Shown one piece after another: positions 1 through 9,069 of a stretch of DNA of 64,000 bases (position 1 is the stretch's first letter; the number at the start of each line of letters is the position of its first letter). A program made the position numbers and the translations under genes. Where the stretch lies: contig JAHECN010000001.1 in the NCBI GenBank assembly GCA_024641735.1, forward strand, positions 1,036 through 65,035, read 5' to 3'. The notes under the pieces were generated by a model, which searched no databases, was not told the DNA's origin, and saw only the letters and a list, made by a program, of their open reading frames with translations. Origin of the DNA: Gemmatimonadota bacterium (GTDB lineage: Bacteria > Gemmatimonadota > Gemmatimonadetes > Gemmatimonadales > GWC2-71-9).

Positions 1-2111
1 ACGGCAACCGCAACCAGCCAAGGCATCAACGTCGGGGTGGTGGACGCCGCGATTCTCCATCGCAAGAGCCGAGGTGCATCTGGCGGAAGTACGAGCGAGG
101 CGAGGGCGTCGCCACGTGGGCCGGTCTGGACGCGTCGGCGCCAGCGATCCACCGCTCGCGCGGCGAGCCCCTCCTCTTTGTGATTCAGATAGAGGCGAAC
201 GGCCGTCTGCAGACTGCGAAAGTCGCTGCCATGGTCGACCAGCCACCGCGAGTGCAGCAAGGCCAAGTTTCGTCGCTCAATTGGTGTTATCGCTTCGATG
301 ACTTGTCGCCGAACCAGATCATGCGACAGCGAAGCACCCTCCTCGGAAAGGGTGACCCAGCCACTCGCCTGCATCTGCTCGAGACGTAGCGTCACCGGTT
401 CGCCGTTCGCCTGTCCCTGAAAGGCCTGCAGCTCCGCGAGTACCACTGGCCCATCCGCGGTAGCCAAGTAGCCGAGGAGGAGTCGGTCGGCCATCGCTGT
501 CGGGAAGGTCGGGTCCCGGTGGAGCTCCAGTGACGCGAGCCCGGAAAGGATCTGGTCCGCTGTCAGGACACTCGCTGAGTGCTGCGTCACGCGCTGGATC
601 GCGCGGGCGAGGTAGATCGGAACACCACCAGTCACTAGCATGAGCGAGGCGGCCGCTGTTGCCAGCTGGCTGGCACCGAGCAGCGGGATCTGATCGGCCA
701 GCAACACTTCCAGGTCATCCACGCCGAGCGATGCGAGCTGGATGACCGGCCAACGCGGCGCCCGGAGCAGGGTGGCGTCACGGGTCGTGATCAGGCAGGC
801 CAGCCGTCCGGTGCCGGTGCGATCGATGGTGTCGCGGAGGACTCCGAGCGAGGCGTCGTCGCACCACTGGGCATCGTCGATCATGATGAGAAGCGGCTCG
901 GTCTCGCCGACGGCGTCGAGAAGTTCACAGAAGGCAGAGGCCACCTCCTGGGGAGTTGCGATCGCGTGTGACCGTTCCCTCGACCCTGGAAAGCGCTCCC
1001 GCAGCGCAGGATGCAGCGCGACCAGACGCATGGCTGCCGTAGGGTCAATCCCCGACGCCTCAGGAAATCCTGCCAAGGTCTCCACGATCCGAATCAGCAG
1101 GGCCCATTGCGTAGCCGATTCTGTGCTCCGCGCCGCCACCAGCATGTCCCGGCGCCCAGCGCCACCATCTCGGACGCGGTACTCGCGCAGGAAGCGGCTC
1201 TTGCCGAAACCCGGCGCGCCTTGGACCACCGCCACCCGGCCAAAGGTGTCCACCGGAGCGCCGAGTGTCTCTCGAACGTGCCGAAGGAGTGGATCTCGCC
1301 CCACCAACGGAAGGTTCCCTCGCGTGAGGGCGCCGACTGGGGGATCCTTGGGGTGCTCGCGGGGGGCGGTCTGGTGGATGCGCTTGACGAGCGCGCGCCA
1401 GCCGGCGGGCCCGAGTTGACTCATCCCTCCGCGAGTTCCGGAGATCTCCAGCCGGGCCAGGCCGTCATCGACTCTACTGGAAATTCCGGTGGCCTGGAGT
1501 CCATCCAGCAAGACTTCCCAGCTTTCCAATTGATCATCCCGGGCACGAATCGCCCGCTCGGCGAAGGCGATGCCACCCTCGATTCGCCCCACGCTCAGGG
1601 CCTTTCGACCCTCCCGCAGGGCAGCATCCCGGACCAAGTGGTCCCACCGACTCCGCTCTGCCCCGAGCCACGTGCCGAGATCATCCTGGTCATTCTCGTC
1701 GAGGCCTGCAAGGAACGACCCGGAGACGAGCTGCAGGAGGCCGCCATCGTTGCCCAGCCGCATCGCTTCCGTGGCCGCCTGCCAATCACTCTGGAGCGGA
1801 GCGGCCAAGCGGACGCCGGAGTCACTCGTTTCCACCCATTCGGAACCGAGCAACTGCCGCAGGCGGTACAACGCCTGTCGGAGCGAAGCCTTGGCACTCT
1901 GTTCATCACTGTCACCCCAAGCCAGATTCGCCAGTTGATCTCGGGTGGTCCACGCCTCCGGATGGCAGGCGAGGTAGCTCAGGATAAGGAGGGGCTTGCC
2001 AGCGGGAAGCAGGATCGATTGGGCACCGGCCTCGTCATGTGCGACTAGTGCGGGGGACCCAAAGACACGCAGCAGGATCGTCGGAGCGCGCGCAGGTGCA
2101 GCGAAGGACAT
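1..2111 (-). CDS. SARP/BTAD-type transcriptional regulator fused to a P-loop NTPase domain (partial; C-terminus runs off the window)
   Basis: Absent from the ORF track because it has no stop in the window. Hand translation from ATG (cat at 2109-2111) gives MSFAAPARAPTILLRVFGSPALV... I checked every in-frame triplet down to position 3 and found no stop. The N-terminus has an OmpR/SARP-like winged helix (GKPLLILSYLACHP...SLRQALYRLRQLL), followed by a helical BTAD-like region, Walker A GAPGFGKS and Walker B LLIMIDDAQW. Confidence 0.75.
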   Translation of the reverse strand, partial: MSFAAPARAPTILLRVFGSPALVAHDEAGAQSILLPAGKPLLILSYLACHPEAWTTRDQLANLAWGDSDEQSAKASLRQALYRLRQLLGSEWVETSDSGVRLAAPLQSDWQAATEAMRLGNDGGLLQLVSGSFLAGLDENDQDDLGTWLGAERSRWDHLVRDAALREGRKALSVGRIEGGIAFAERAIRARDDQLESWEVLLDGLQATGISSRVDDGLARLEISGTRGGMSQLGPAGWRALVKRIHQTAPREHPKDPPVGALTRGNLPLVGRDPLLRHVRETLGAPVDTFGRVAVVQGAPGFGKSRFLREYRVRDGGAGRRDMLVAARSTESATQWALLIRIVETLAGFPEASGIDPTAAMRLVALHPALRERFPGSRERSHAIATPQEVASAFCELLDAVGETEPLLIMIDDAQWCDDASLGVLRDTIDRTGTGRLACLITTRDATLLRAPRWPVIQLASLGVDDLEVLLADQIPLLGASQLATAAASLMLVTGGVPIYLARAIQRVTQHSASVLTADQILSGLASLELHRDPTFPTAMADRLLLGYLATADGPVVLAELQAFQGQANGEPVTLRLEQMQASGWVTLSEEGASLSHDLVRRQVIEAITPIERRNLALLHSRWLVDHGSDFRSLQTAVRLYLNHKEEGLAARAVDRWRRRVQTGPRGDALASLVLPPDAPRLLRWRIAASTTPTLMPWLVAVA

Positions 2112-2224
2112 TGGGGATCCATGGGGCGGGACGCGGTCGGCTCCGAGGGAGCGTCAAGTAAACCCCTTCGCGTCAATCGGCCGTCAAACGAAACGAAAGC
2201 CGAGGATCCCGCGAGATCATCACG

Positions 2225-3316
2225 CTATCTGGAACCCCCCCCAACTGGACTCGTCCAGCGCCATGCGTTTGGCCGATTTCGGAACCACGACATCACCAAG
2301 AGCCGCTGATGGAGCCGTTCCGGGCTCACTCGACCCACTGCCTCCCGGGGTTTCGCCATCTCCTCGGCCACGACGGCCGCGAACGCTTCCCGCTCGATCG
2401 GGCTCACCGGGTCCGGATAGGTCGCGCGCACCTCCCCCCGGACGATGAGATAGGCCCGAGCGTCCCCCCGCGCACCGGGATCGCGATAGACGAAGGTCAG
2501 CGATTCCAGCGTGGCACGATTTCGGGCGACCGCCGCGAGGAGCCATTCGAGTGTTTCGAACTTGGCCCGCCAGTAGGCCGCCCGCTCAAAATCTCCCGCG
2601 TCCGCGCGAGTGGTCATCTCCTCCACGACCCGGCCGATGGGGTCAATGCTCCGCCCTTCGCAGAAGGCGGCGGCCATCTCCCCGCGGGCCCGGTAGCCTG
2701 ACTCAGAGACCAGGCCTGCGCAGGGCCCCAGGCAGGTGCCGAAGTCATAGCGCGGGCAGGCGGCACGGATCGGATCCGTGAACAGCTCCTGCTGCTCGGC
2801 GTAGTGCACCGGCATGTCCGCCCGACAGTCCCGAATGCCGAGGAGGTCGGTGAGCACCCGGGCTGCCTCGGTGACGCGACCACGCGAGGGAAATGGGCCA
2901 TAGACGCGTCCGGCGTGACGCTCCGGCGTGGCCGTCGCGAGGAGCCGTGGTGCGCGTTCATCCGTCACGACCAGAAACCCCGAGACGCGGTTGCGATTCA
3001 TGGCGTGATTGAACGGCGGGCGGAACTTGCGGATCAATTCGAGTTCGGTGAGCGCCGCCGCAAACTCACTCGGCGTGGGGACGATCTGGATGTCGTGTGC
3101 GGCGTGCAGGATCCGGGCGGCCTTGTCTTCGGGATACGTGGCACGGAAGTAGGAGAGCAATCGTGTCCGCAGCGCCTTCGCCTTCCCCACGTAGAGCACT
3201 CGGCCGTCTGCCCCGAGCATCCGGTAGGTCCCCGGCCGATCATCGGCGAGCCGGCGGACCCGAAAGCGGAGTGCTTCGAGGTCGGTGGCGGGGAGGGGGA
3301 GCGCGAGTGAACTCAC
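2225..3316 (-). CDS. UvrC N-terminal-half homolog (GIY-YIG nuclease + UVR-like region; Cho-like, lacks the C-terminal endonuclease/HhH half)
   Basis: 363 aa. GIY-YIG motifs are present (GTYRML..RVLYVGKAKALRTRLLSYF; ELELIRKFRPPFN). A UvrC-like Cys region (CPRYDFGTCLGPCAG) and a UVR-like helix (DFERAAYWRAKFETL) follow. The length covers only about the N-terminal half of a full UvrC. Confidence 0.8.
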   Translation of the reverse strand: MSSLALPLPATDLEALRFRVRRLADDRPGTYRMLGADGRVLYVGKAKALRTRLLSYFRATYPEDKAARILHAAHDIQIVPTPSEFAAALTELELIRKFRPPFNHAMNRNRVSGFLVVTDERAPRLLATATPERHAGRVYGPFPSRGRVTEAARVLTDLLGIRDCRADMPVHYAEQQELFTDPIRAACPRYDFGTCLGPCAGLVSESGYRARGEMAAAFCEGRSIDPIGRVVEEMTTRADAGDFERAAYWRAKFETLEWLLAAVARNRATLESLTFVYRDPGARGDARAYLIVRGEVRATYPDPVSPIEREAFAAVVAEEMAKPREAVGRVSPERLHQRLLVMSWFRNRPNAWRWTSPVGGGSR

Positions 3317-3334
3317 CTAGAGAAGATACTTGAA

Positions 3335-3421
3335 GGAGAGAGGAGAAAAGAGAGAGGAGAAAGCGTGACCTGGGCTGCGGCTCTCCTCTCTCATTTCTCT
3401 TCTCTCCTCTCTCCTCTCTCC
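3335..3421. repeat. Heptad-built hairpin H1: polypurine arm facing a polypyrimidine arm
   Basis: The left arm is GGAGAGA GGAGAAA AGAGAGA GGAGAAA G (3335-3363) and the loop is cgtgacctgggctgcgg. The right arm (3381-3421) reverse-complements to GGAGAGA GGAGAGA GGAGAGA AGAGAAA TGAGAGA GGAGAG. The outer 12 bp are perfectly complementary. The right arm touches the mutM stop (cta at 3421-3423). Confidence 0.7.
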
Positions 3422-4245
3422 TAGTTTTGGCACCTCCAACACATCACCGTCCCTCTTGCATCGATCTCGTGCGTCGCAACAAGGCGCGTGCCGCAGGCGC
3501 GGCAGGGCTCCCCCTCACGACCGTACACATGCAGTTCAAGCTGGAAGTTGCCTGGCGCTCCAGTCGAGGAGACGTAATCGCGAAACGTCGTCCCTTCGGC
3601 GGCAATGGCCGCGGTCAGAATGCGGACGATGTGGCCATGGAGCATGCGGAGCTGCTCGGGTGGGACCCGCGCAGCGGCCTTGGATGGATCGATGCCGGAC
3701 GAGAAGAGCGCTTCGGCCGCGTAGATGTTGCCGACGCCGACCACGACGCGCTGATCCATGATCACTTTCTTGATCGCTGCACGCGACCTGGAGACGCGAT
3801 CCGTGAAGACGTCCGCGGTGAACGCCGGGTCGAGCGGTTCCGGGCCAAGGCGTGACGCATAGGCCAGCCACTCGGCGTCGTCACACCAGCGCAGCGTGCC
3901 GATGCGGCGCACGTCGCGGTACACCAGAGTGGCGCCGTCATCGAGCGGACAGACGAGCACGGCGTAGTGATCTTCCTCCTCCGACATCGGGCGATCGTAG
4001 ACCAGCAGCGATCCCGTCATCCCCGGCTGCACAGCGAGCGTCTTGGTGTCGGTCTGGAGGAGGGCATGCTTGGCGCGGCGGGTGACGTCGCGAATGGTGC
4101 GCCTGGGAAGTGCGCGGAGCAATTGGCGGGAAGTGACACCATCGAGCACGTTGTCGTGGCGGAGCGCTGCCGAGAGAATCGTACGCCCCGTGAGGCGGGC
4201 GCGAAGTTGGCGGACGAGGGTTTCGACTTCGGGGAGTTCAGGCAT
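3421..4245 (-). CDS. mutM: Formamidopyrimidine-DNA glycosylase (Fpg/MutM)
   Basis: 274 aa. N-terminal MPELPEVE and a C-terminal zinc finger (CRACGTRLVATHEIDARGTVMCWRCQ), with family-typical length. Confidence 0.95.
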   Translation of the reverse strand: MPELPEVETLVRQLRARLTGRTILSAALRHDNVLDGVTSRQLLRALPRRTIRDVTRRAKHALLQTDTKTLAVQPGMTGSLLVYDRPMSEEEDHYAVLVCPLDDGATLVYRDVRRIGTLRWCDDAEWLAYASRLGPEPLDPAFTADVFTDRVSRSRAAIKKVIMDQRVVVGVGNIYAAEALFSSGIDPSKAAARVPPEQLRMLHGHIVRILTAAIAAEGTTFRDYVSSTGAPGNFQLELHVYGREGEPCRACGTRLVATHEIDARGTVMCWRCQN

Positions 4246-4246
4246 G

Positions 4247-4373
4247 GGAGTCGTTGGTCATGAGTCGCTAGTCGTGAGAGGTTCCCTGCAACACGAAGAT
4301 CGAGCAAGACGGCGTCTGCCGCGAGGAGCAACCCGACACCCTCTCACGACTCGCGACTAGCGACTCACGACTC
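4247..4373. repeat. Heptad-built hairpin H2 (GAGTCG type) between purD and mutM
   Basis: The left arm (4247-4281) is GGAGTCG TTGGTCA TGAGTCG CTAGTCG TGAGAGG. The right arm (4340-4373) is cctctcacgactcgcgactagcgactcacgactc, with a loop of about 58 nt. The purD stop (cta at 4357-4359) and its last 5 codons lie inside the right arm. The left arm starts 2 nt from the mutM start codon (4243-4245). Confidence 0.7.
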
Positions 4374-5637
4374 TTGTCGCTTCTCTCCACCCAATGTCTC
4401 GCCGAAACTGCTTCCCCTCGAACTGAATCGCCGCAGCGGTGTCGCGGCTCAGGGCCTGCGCTTCCGCGAACGTCGCGGCCACGGCAGTCACCGCGAGCAC
4501 TCGACCGCCATTGGTGATCAGGCGACCGTCCTTGTTCAGCGCCGTGCCCGCGTGGTAAATCGTAACTCCCTCGTCGAGTGTGGCGGGAAGCGTGATCAGG
4601 TCCCCTTTGCTGCTCGACGCAGGATAGCCGGCGCTGGCCAGCACGGTGGTGACGGCGGCTGCGTCAATGAGATCAATTTTTGGTAATGGTTCTCCCTTCG
4701 CTGCCGCATCCAGTAGTGCCGAGAGTCCCGAGCGTACCAACGGCAACACAACTTCGGTTTCTGGATCACCGAGACGACAGTTGAACTCCACCACGTTGGG
4801 TGTCCCATCCGGATGGAGCATGATGCCGGCATAGAGGACGCCTCGGAACGGTGCGCCGCGACGCTCCAGCTCACGCAATGTCGGCAGGAGTACGTCCTGC
4901 GTGATGCGTTCGAGTACTGCTGGCGTGGCAATCGCCACCGGGGTATAGGCACCCATACCGCCGGTGTTCGGACCCGTGTCACCCTCACCGATGCGCTTGT
5001 GATCCTGTGCCGCCGGCAGCAGTCGCACGTCACGACCATTGGTGATCGCGAGCACCGAGAGTTCTTCGCCCTCGAGGAACGCCTCGATCACCACCACGTC
5101 TCCCGCATGGCCGAGCTGATGGTCGCCCATCATCGCACGGAGTGCGTCCACCGCTTCGGCGCGCGTGGCGCAGACGACGGCGCCCTTGCCGGCTGCGAGG
5201 CCGGAGGCCTTCACCACAAGGGGTTCTGGATGCGTCGCCACATACGCGAGCGCCGCATCCAGGTCATCGAAGGTGCGACTCGCCGCCGTGGGAACTCCCG
5301 CAGCAACCATCACATCCTTCGAGAAGGCTTTCGATGATTCGATCTGTGCTGCGGCCGCCACCGGACCAAACACATGGCGTCCCTCGGCGCGGAGGCGATC
5401 GGCGAGCCCCATCGCCAGCGGGACCTCGGGGCCAACGATCACCAGATCGATGGCGTGCGCATCCGCGGCATCGGCCAAGCGGTCGATGTCGTCTGCGGCA
5501 ATGGAGAGATTGGTGGCGAAGGAGGCGGTCCCGGGATTCCCGGGTGCGACATAGAGCACGTGCGTTGGGTCGTCCGCGGCGAGCGCGGCGGCGAGCGCAT
5601 GTTCTCGCCCGCCACCACCAACAACCAGAAGCCTCAC
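4357..5637 (-). CDS. purD: Phosphoribosylamine-glycine ligase
   Basis: 426 aa. Starts (GTG) with RLLVVGGGGREHALA, has an ATP-grasp core and VVEFNCRLGDPE. Full-length PurD-like. Confidence 0.95.
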   Translation of the reverse strand: MRLLVVGGGGREHALAAALAADDPTHVLYVAPGNPGTASFATNLSIAADDIDRLADAADAHAIDLVIVGPEVPLAMGLADRLRAEGRHVFGPVAAAAQIESSKAFSKDVMVAAGVPTAASRTFDDLDAALAYVATHPEPLVVKASGLAAGKGAVVCATRAEAVDALRAMMGDHQLGHAGDVVVIEAFLEGEELSVLAITNGRDVRLLPAAQDHKRIGEGDTGPNTGGMGAYTPVAIATPAVLERITQDVLLPTLRELERRGAPFRGVLYAGIMLHPDGTPNVVEFNCRLGDPETEVVLPLVRSGLSALLDAAAKGEPLPKIDLIDAAAVTTVLASAGYPASSSKGDLITLPATLDEGVTIYHAGTALNKDGRLITNGGRVLAVTAVAATFAEAQALSRDTAAAIQFEGKQFRRDIGWREATRVVSR

Positions 5638-6659
5638 GCAGACCCCTTGGAGCGGGCTTCGTTGAATGCGTCCTTCGCGCTTGCCGCCGCGCGCTTGGCC
5701 GCATTCTTCAAATGCTCACCGACTTCCTTGATTTCCTGCTTGTAGTGGTCCTTCGCGTCACGCATGTCGTCACGCAACGGCCGATCCGCTTCGGGGCTGC
5801 CGCGTCGCACGTATTCGCCGCGCAAGATGCGGTCGTAGTCTCCCGCCTGCACCCAGCGTTGCACCTCGGCCGCGCGGACCACGTTCATCGGATGCGTCAA
5901 GGCGAGTGTCGCCAGAATCTTGTAGACGATGTCGAGTCCCTCATTGGACGAGGCGTACTCGTTGGCTTGCTGCATGAACGGTTCGAGATTGAGGTCGCCG
6001 GGCCGGATATTCGCCGTGTTGCCACCGCCGGCCATCTTCATGAAGAGGCGCATGGTCGCCTGCAAGTCCTGCGAGCCAAGGAGCGACGCGCGATCGGCCG
6101 AGAGTTCGGATTTCCGCGACCACTCGAGGAAGGCAAACTTCACCGGCAGCAGGATGATCGAGGCGAGCATCGGCAGCGCTCCAAGACTCACCATCACCAT
6201 GATCGCGGCGATGGTGCGGTAGAGCGAATGCCCGCTGATCACGTGACCCAGCTCGTGGGCGAGGAGGACGCGCTGCTCGTCCAGCTCCAACAGCTCGAGT
6301 GCCGACGAGTGAATCACGATGAAGGGATTGTCGATCCCGTACGCGCCGGCGTTGAAGATCGGTGTCTGGGTGACGTACAGCTCGGGAATGATCTCCCATC
6401 CAAACGTCGCGCAGTTCTCGACGTGCAAGGCCCAGAGGGTGGGGAACTGCGTCGGCCCGACGCGCACGGCGTTCCCCTGGAAGAGGAGCCGGATCCCCTG
6501 TTCGCCCCCGAGAATCCCAAGAATCTTCTTGATGACTTCGTCCACGCCTGGGACGGCGCGGAGCGACTGCAAGGCGGCCCGATCCGCTGGATGCTCCCAC
6601 GCGACGGCGGCGATGTCGGGGAGTGCGATGCGGGGGCGGGCGGCGGGGAGCGAGGTCAT
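5634..6659 (-). CDS. M48-family zinc metallopeptidase
   Basis: 341 aa with the HELGHVISGH (HExxH) motif followed by hydrophobic segments. Overlaps the purD start by 4 nt. Confidence 0.85.
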   Translation of the reverse strand: MTSLPAARPRIALPDIAAVAWEHPADRAALQSLRAVPGVDEVIKKILGILGGEQGIRLLFQGNAVRVGPTQFPTLWALHVENCATFGWEIIPELYVTQTPIFNAGAYGIDNPFIVIHSSALELLELDEQRVLLAHELGHVISGHSLYRTIAAIMVMVSLGALPMLASIILLPVKFAFLEWSRKSELSADRASLLGSQDLQATMRLFMKMAGGGNTANIRPGDLNLEPFMQQANEYASSNEGLDIVYKILATLALTHPMNVVRAAEVQRWVQAGDYDRILRGEYVRRGSPEADRPLRDDMRDAKDHYKQEIKEVGEHLKNAAKRAAASAKDAFNEARSKGSA

Positions 6660-6681
6660 CGGAGACTCGTGTGTTAAGGTT

Positions 6682-6706
6682 CCCCCGCCCTACGGATGGC
6701 GGGGGG
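6682..6706 (-). terminator. Candidate stem-loop downstream of the cystathionine-synthase-like gene
   Basis: CCCCCGCC (6682-6689) pairs with GGCGGGGG (6698-6705) around an 8-nt loop. It lies 22 nt past the stop at 6728. There is no clear U-tract. Confidence 0.35.
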
Positions 6707-6727
6707 TACCTGTTTCAGGGTGCATCG

Positions 6728-7897
6728 TCAGCGGCTGAGGGCCTGGTCCAAGTCTGCTTGGAGGTCGCGGACGTCCTCAATGCCGACCGAGAGACGGATC
6801 AGCGAGTCGGTCAGCCCCATCTCCTCGCGGAGTGCCTTGGGCACCGAGGCGTGCGTCATCGAGGCTGGATGCCCGATCAAACTCTCCACGCCCCCGAGCG
6901 ACTCCGCCAGCACGAAGATCTTGGTCGCCTCGGCTACCCGACGGGCCCGGTCCGCGTTTCCGAGCTCAATCGACAACATCCCACCAAATCCACTCATCTG
7001 GACCGCTGCCAGAGCGTGTTGCTCGTGGGAGGGCAGACCCGGATAGTAGACCCGCTCGACGTCAGCACGATCGTCTAGCCAGGACGCCAGCACGCCGGCA
7101 CTCTCGCAGTGCGCGCGCATGCGGAGTGGCAAGGTCTTGATCCCCCGAAGCGCGAGCCAGCAGTCGAAGGGCCCCGGAACACCGCCCGCCGCGTTCTGCA
7201 GAAAACCAATCTGCTCGGCAAGGTCCTCTCGCGTGGTGATCAACGCGCCACCGATCATGTCGGAGTGGCCGTTCAGGTACTTGGTGGTCGAATGCAGCAC
7301 TATGTCTGCCCCGAGCGCCAATGGGCGCTGCAACACGGGTGTCGCGAAGGTGTTGTCCACGACCAGCAAGAGCCCCAAAGCCTGTGCCAAGTCGCCGACC
7401 GCTCGGAGATCCGTGAGGAACATCATCGGGTTGGTGGGGGTCTCGCAGTAGAGCATCCGGGTCGTCGGGCGGAGCGCGGCCTCGACGGCACCGACGGTCC
7501 GCATGTCGACGAACGAAAACTCCACCCCGAAGCGTTCATAGACACGCTGCATCAGGCGGTGACTGCCGCCATAGATATTGTTGCCGATGATGACGTGATC
7601 GCCGCCCTTCAACAGCTTCAGGACCGTGTCCAGCGCCGCGAGTCCAGACCCGAACGCGAAGGCGTGTTCTCCCCCTTCCAGGGCGGCCAGTGCCCGCTCA
7701 AGTGCCTCCCGCGTGGGATTTGCGGTGCGGGCGTACTCGTAGCCGTTGTGTGGCGCACCGAGCCCGTCCTGGATGTAGGTCGAGGTCTGGTAGATCGGTG
7801 GCATCACGGCGCCCGCGACGGGGTCGTGGTGGTGTCCGGCGTGGACAGCCAGCGTGGCGAGGTGCTGTTCGGCGTCGGGAGGCGGAACGCGGGTCAT
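6728..7897 (-). CDS. PLP-dependent Cys/Met-metabolism enzyme (cystathionine gamma-synthase/lyase family)
   Basis: Carries the PLP-lysine motif STTKYLNGHSDMIGG and family-wide similarity. I prefer the ATG at 7897 (MTRVPPPDAEQHLATLAVHAG). The track ORF extends to 7942. Confidence 0.9.
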   Translation of the reverse strand: MTRVPPPDAEQHLATLAVHAGHHHDPVAGAVMPPIYQTSTYIQDGLGAPHNGYEYARTANPTREALERALAALEGGEHAFAFGSGLAALDTVLKLLKGGDHVIIGNNIYGGSHRLMQRVYERFGVEFSFVDMRTVGAVEAALRPTTRMLYCETPTNPMMFLTDLRAVGDLAQALGLLLVVDNTFATPVLQRPLALGADIVLHSTTKYLNGHSDMIGGALITTREDLAEQIGFLQNAAGGVPGPFDCWLALRGIKTLPLRMRAHCESAGVLASWLDDRADVERVYYPGLPSHEQHALAAVQMSGFGGMLSIELGNADRARRVAEATKIFVLAESLGGVESLIGHPASMTHASVPKALREEMGLTDSLIRLSVGIEDVRDLQADLDQALSR

Positions 7898-7993
7898 CGG
7901 TCTACCGGGCAAGAGGAGGCCGAAGGTTATGTGGCGTCTCAACTTGGGGCAAGCGTAATTGTGGATCGGGAGGCCGGAGCGCTAATTTTCGGC

Positions 7994-9058
7994 ATGCCCA
8001 CTCTCGAGCATTCAGCGTCCCATCCTGTGCCCCGCATTCTGGTCGTCGATGACGACCCGATGGTGCGCGATGTGCTGACCCGCGTGCTGAAGGTGCAGGG
8101 CTATGCGGTCGAACAGGTCGGAGGCGTCGATGAGGCGCTGGACCTCTGCTATCGGGATGGAGAAGTTGACCTGGTGATCTCGGACATCCACATGCCGGGA
8201 CGCGATGGGGTGGCGTTGCTCGCGGAACTGCGCATGCGCTACCCAGACACCGCCGTCTTGATGCTCACGGGGGACGACGACGTTGGGCTGGCCGTGGAGT
8301 GCCTCAAAAAGGGTGCGATGGATTACCTCGCCAAGCCGGTGCAGATCCAAGAGGTCCGGGCCCGAGTCGAGAAGGCGATCGAGGAACAGCAACAGCGGAT
8401 CGAATTGCGGCAGCTGCGCGACGGCTACCAAGCCGAGCTGGAAGGACGCGTCCTGCAACTGTCGCAGCGCAACAAGGAAATGTTCCTCGCGCAGGTGCAG
8501 ATGGCGGTCCGGATGCTGGAAGCGAAGGATGTCTACACCCGAGGGCACTCGGCACGTGTGGCAGAATACGCGGTCTTGACCGGTCGCCAACTCGGTCTCG
8601 GTCGCGCGGTGCTTGACGATCTTCGTTTGGGCGGGGACCTGCATGACATTGGCAAGATCGGCACGCGCGACGCCGTGCTCAACAAGCCGGGACGGCTGAC
8701 GGATGAAGAGTTCACCGAGATGAAGCGGCACGTGACCGATGGGGAGGAAATGCTCGGCGTGCTTCGTGCCGACCATCCCGAGGTGTTGCACATCGTGCGC
8801 TGGCACCATGAACGGATTGATGGATCCGGATTTCCCGACGGCCTCATTGGTGCGCAGATTCCGCTTTCTGCCCGGATCGTTGGCGTGGTGGACGCGTTCG
8901 ATGCCATGACGTCCACCCGAGCGTATCGCGTCGAGCAATCCTTGGAATATGCCTTTGGCGAGCTGGAACGTGGCAAGGGACGCCAGTTTGACGCCGACGT
9001 CGTCGACGCCTTTGTGCTCGCCTTTCCGAATCGCTCTGCTGCTACCCTTCGCCACTGA
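7994..9058 (+). CDS. Response regulator with HD-GYP output domain (RpfG-like, putative c-di-GMP phosphodiesterase)
   Basis: ATG at 7994 is in frame with track ORF 7109-9058, whose upstream part is Arg/Gly-rich antisense-type sequence. REC motifs are ILVVDDDP and LVISDIHMPGRDG. A coiled linker precedes HD (LHDIGKI) and HHERIDGSGFPDGL. Confidence 0.9.
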   Translation: MPTLEHSASHPVPRILVVDDDPMVRDVLTRVLKVQGYAVEQVGGVDEALDLCYRDGEVDLVISDIHMPGRDGVALLAELRMRYPDTAVLMLTGDDDVGLAVECLKKGAMDYLAKPVQIQEVRARVEKAIEEQQQRIELRQLRDGYQAELEGRVLQLSQRNKEMFLAQVQMAVRMLEAKDVYTRGHSARVAEYAVLTGRQLGLGRAVLDDLRLGGDLHDIGKIGTRDAVLNKPGRLTDEEFTEMKRHVTDGEEMLGVLRADHPEVLHIVRWHHERIDGSGFPDGLIGAQIPLSARIVGVVDAFDAMTSTRAYRVEQSLEYAFGELERGKGRQFDADVVDAFVLAFPNRSAATLRH

Positions 9059-9069
9059 GAAAGCCTTTC

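Noticed and set aside
5142-6677. 511-aa plus-strand ORF, one of many long ORFs antisense to well-supported genes. Others include 32325-34949(-), 874 aa; 19887-21350(-), 487 aa; 8012-9055(-); 38734-39693(+); and 60909-61799(-).
   Set aside because: Their translations are Arg/Pro/Gly/His-rich with no motifs. They lie exactly antisense to genes with strong family signatures (M48 peptidase/purD, M1+M24 peptidases, hisC, and so on). This is the usual stop-codon-poor antisense frame of GC-rich DNA.
7109-7993. N-terminal 295 codons of track ORF 7109-9058 (+)
   Set aside because: This part is antisense to the cystathionine-synthase-like gene and reads as low-complexity sequence. The recognisable receiver domain begins right after the ATG at 7994.
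7898-7993. Possible SAM-type riboswitch upstream of the cystathionine-synthase-like gene
   Set aside because: The spacer is 96 nt and shared with the divergent response-regulator gene. I could not recognise any conserved SAM-I, SAM-II or SAM-V core sequence. Only a repeated cggcctcc motif is present.
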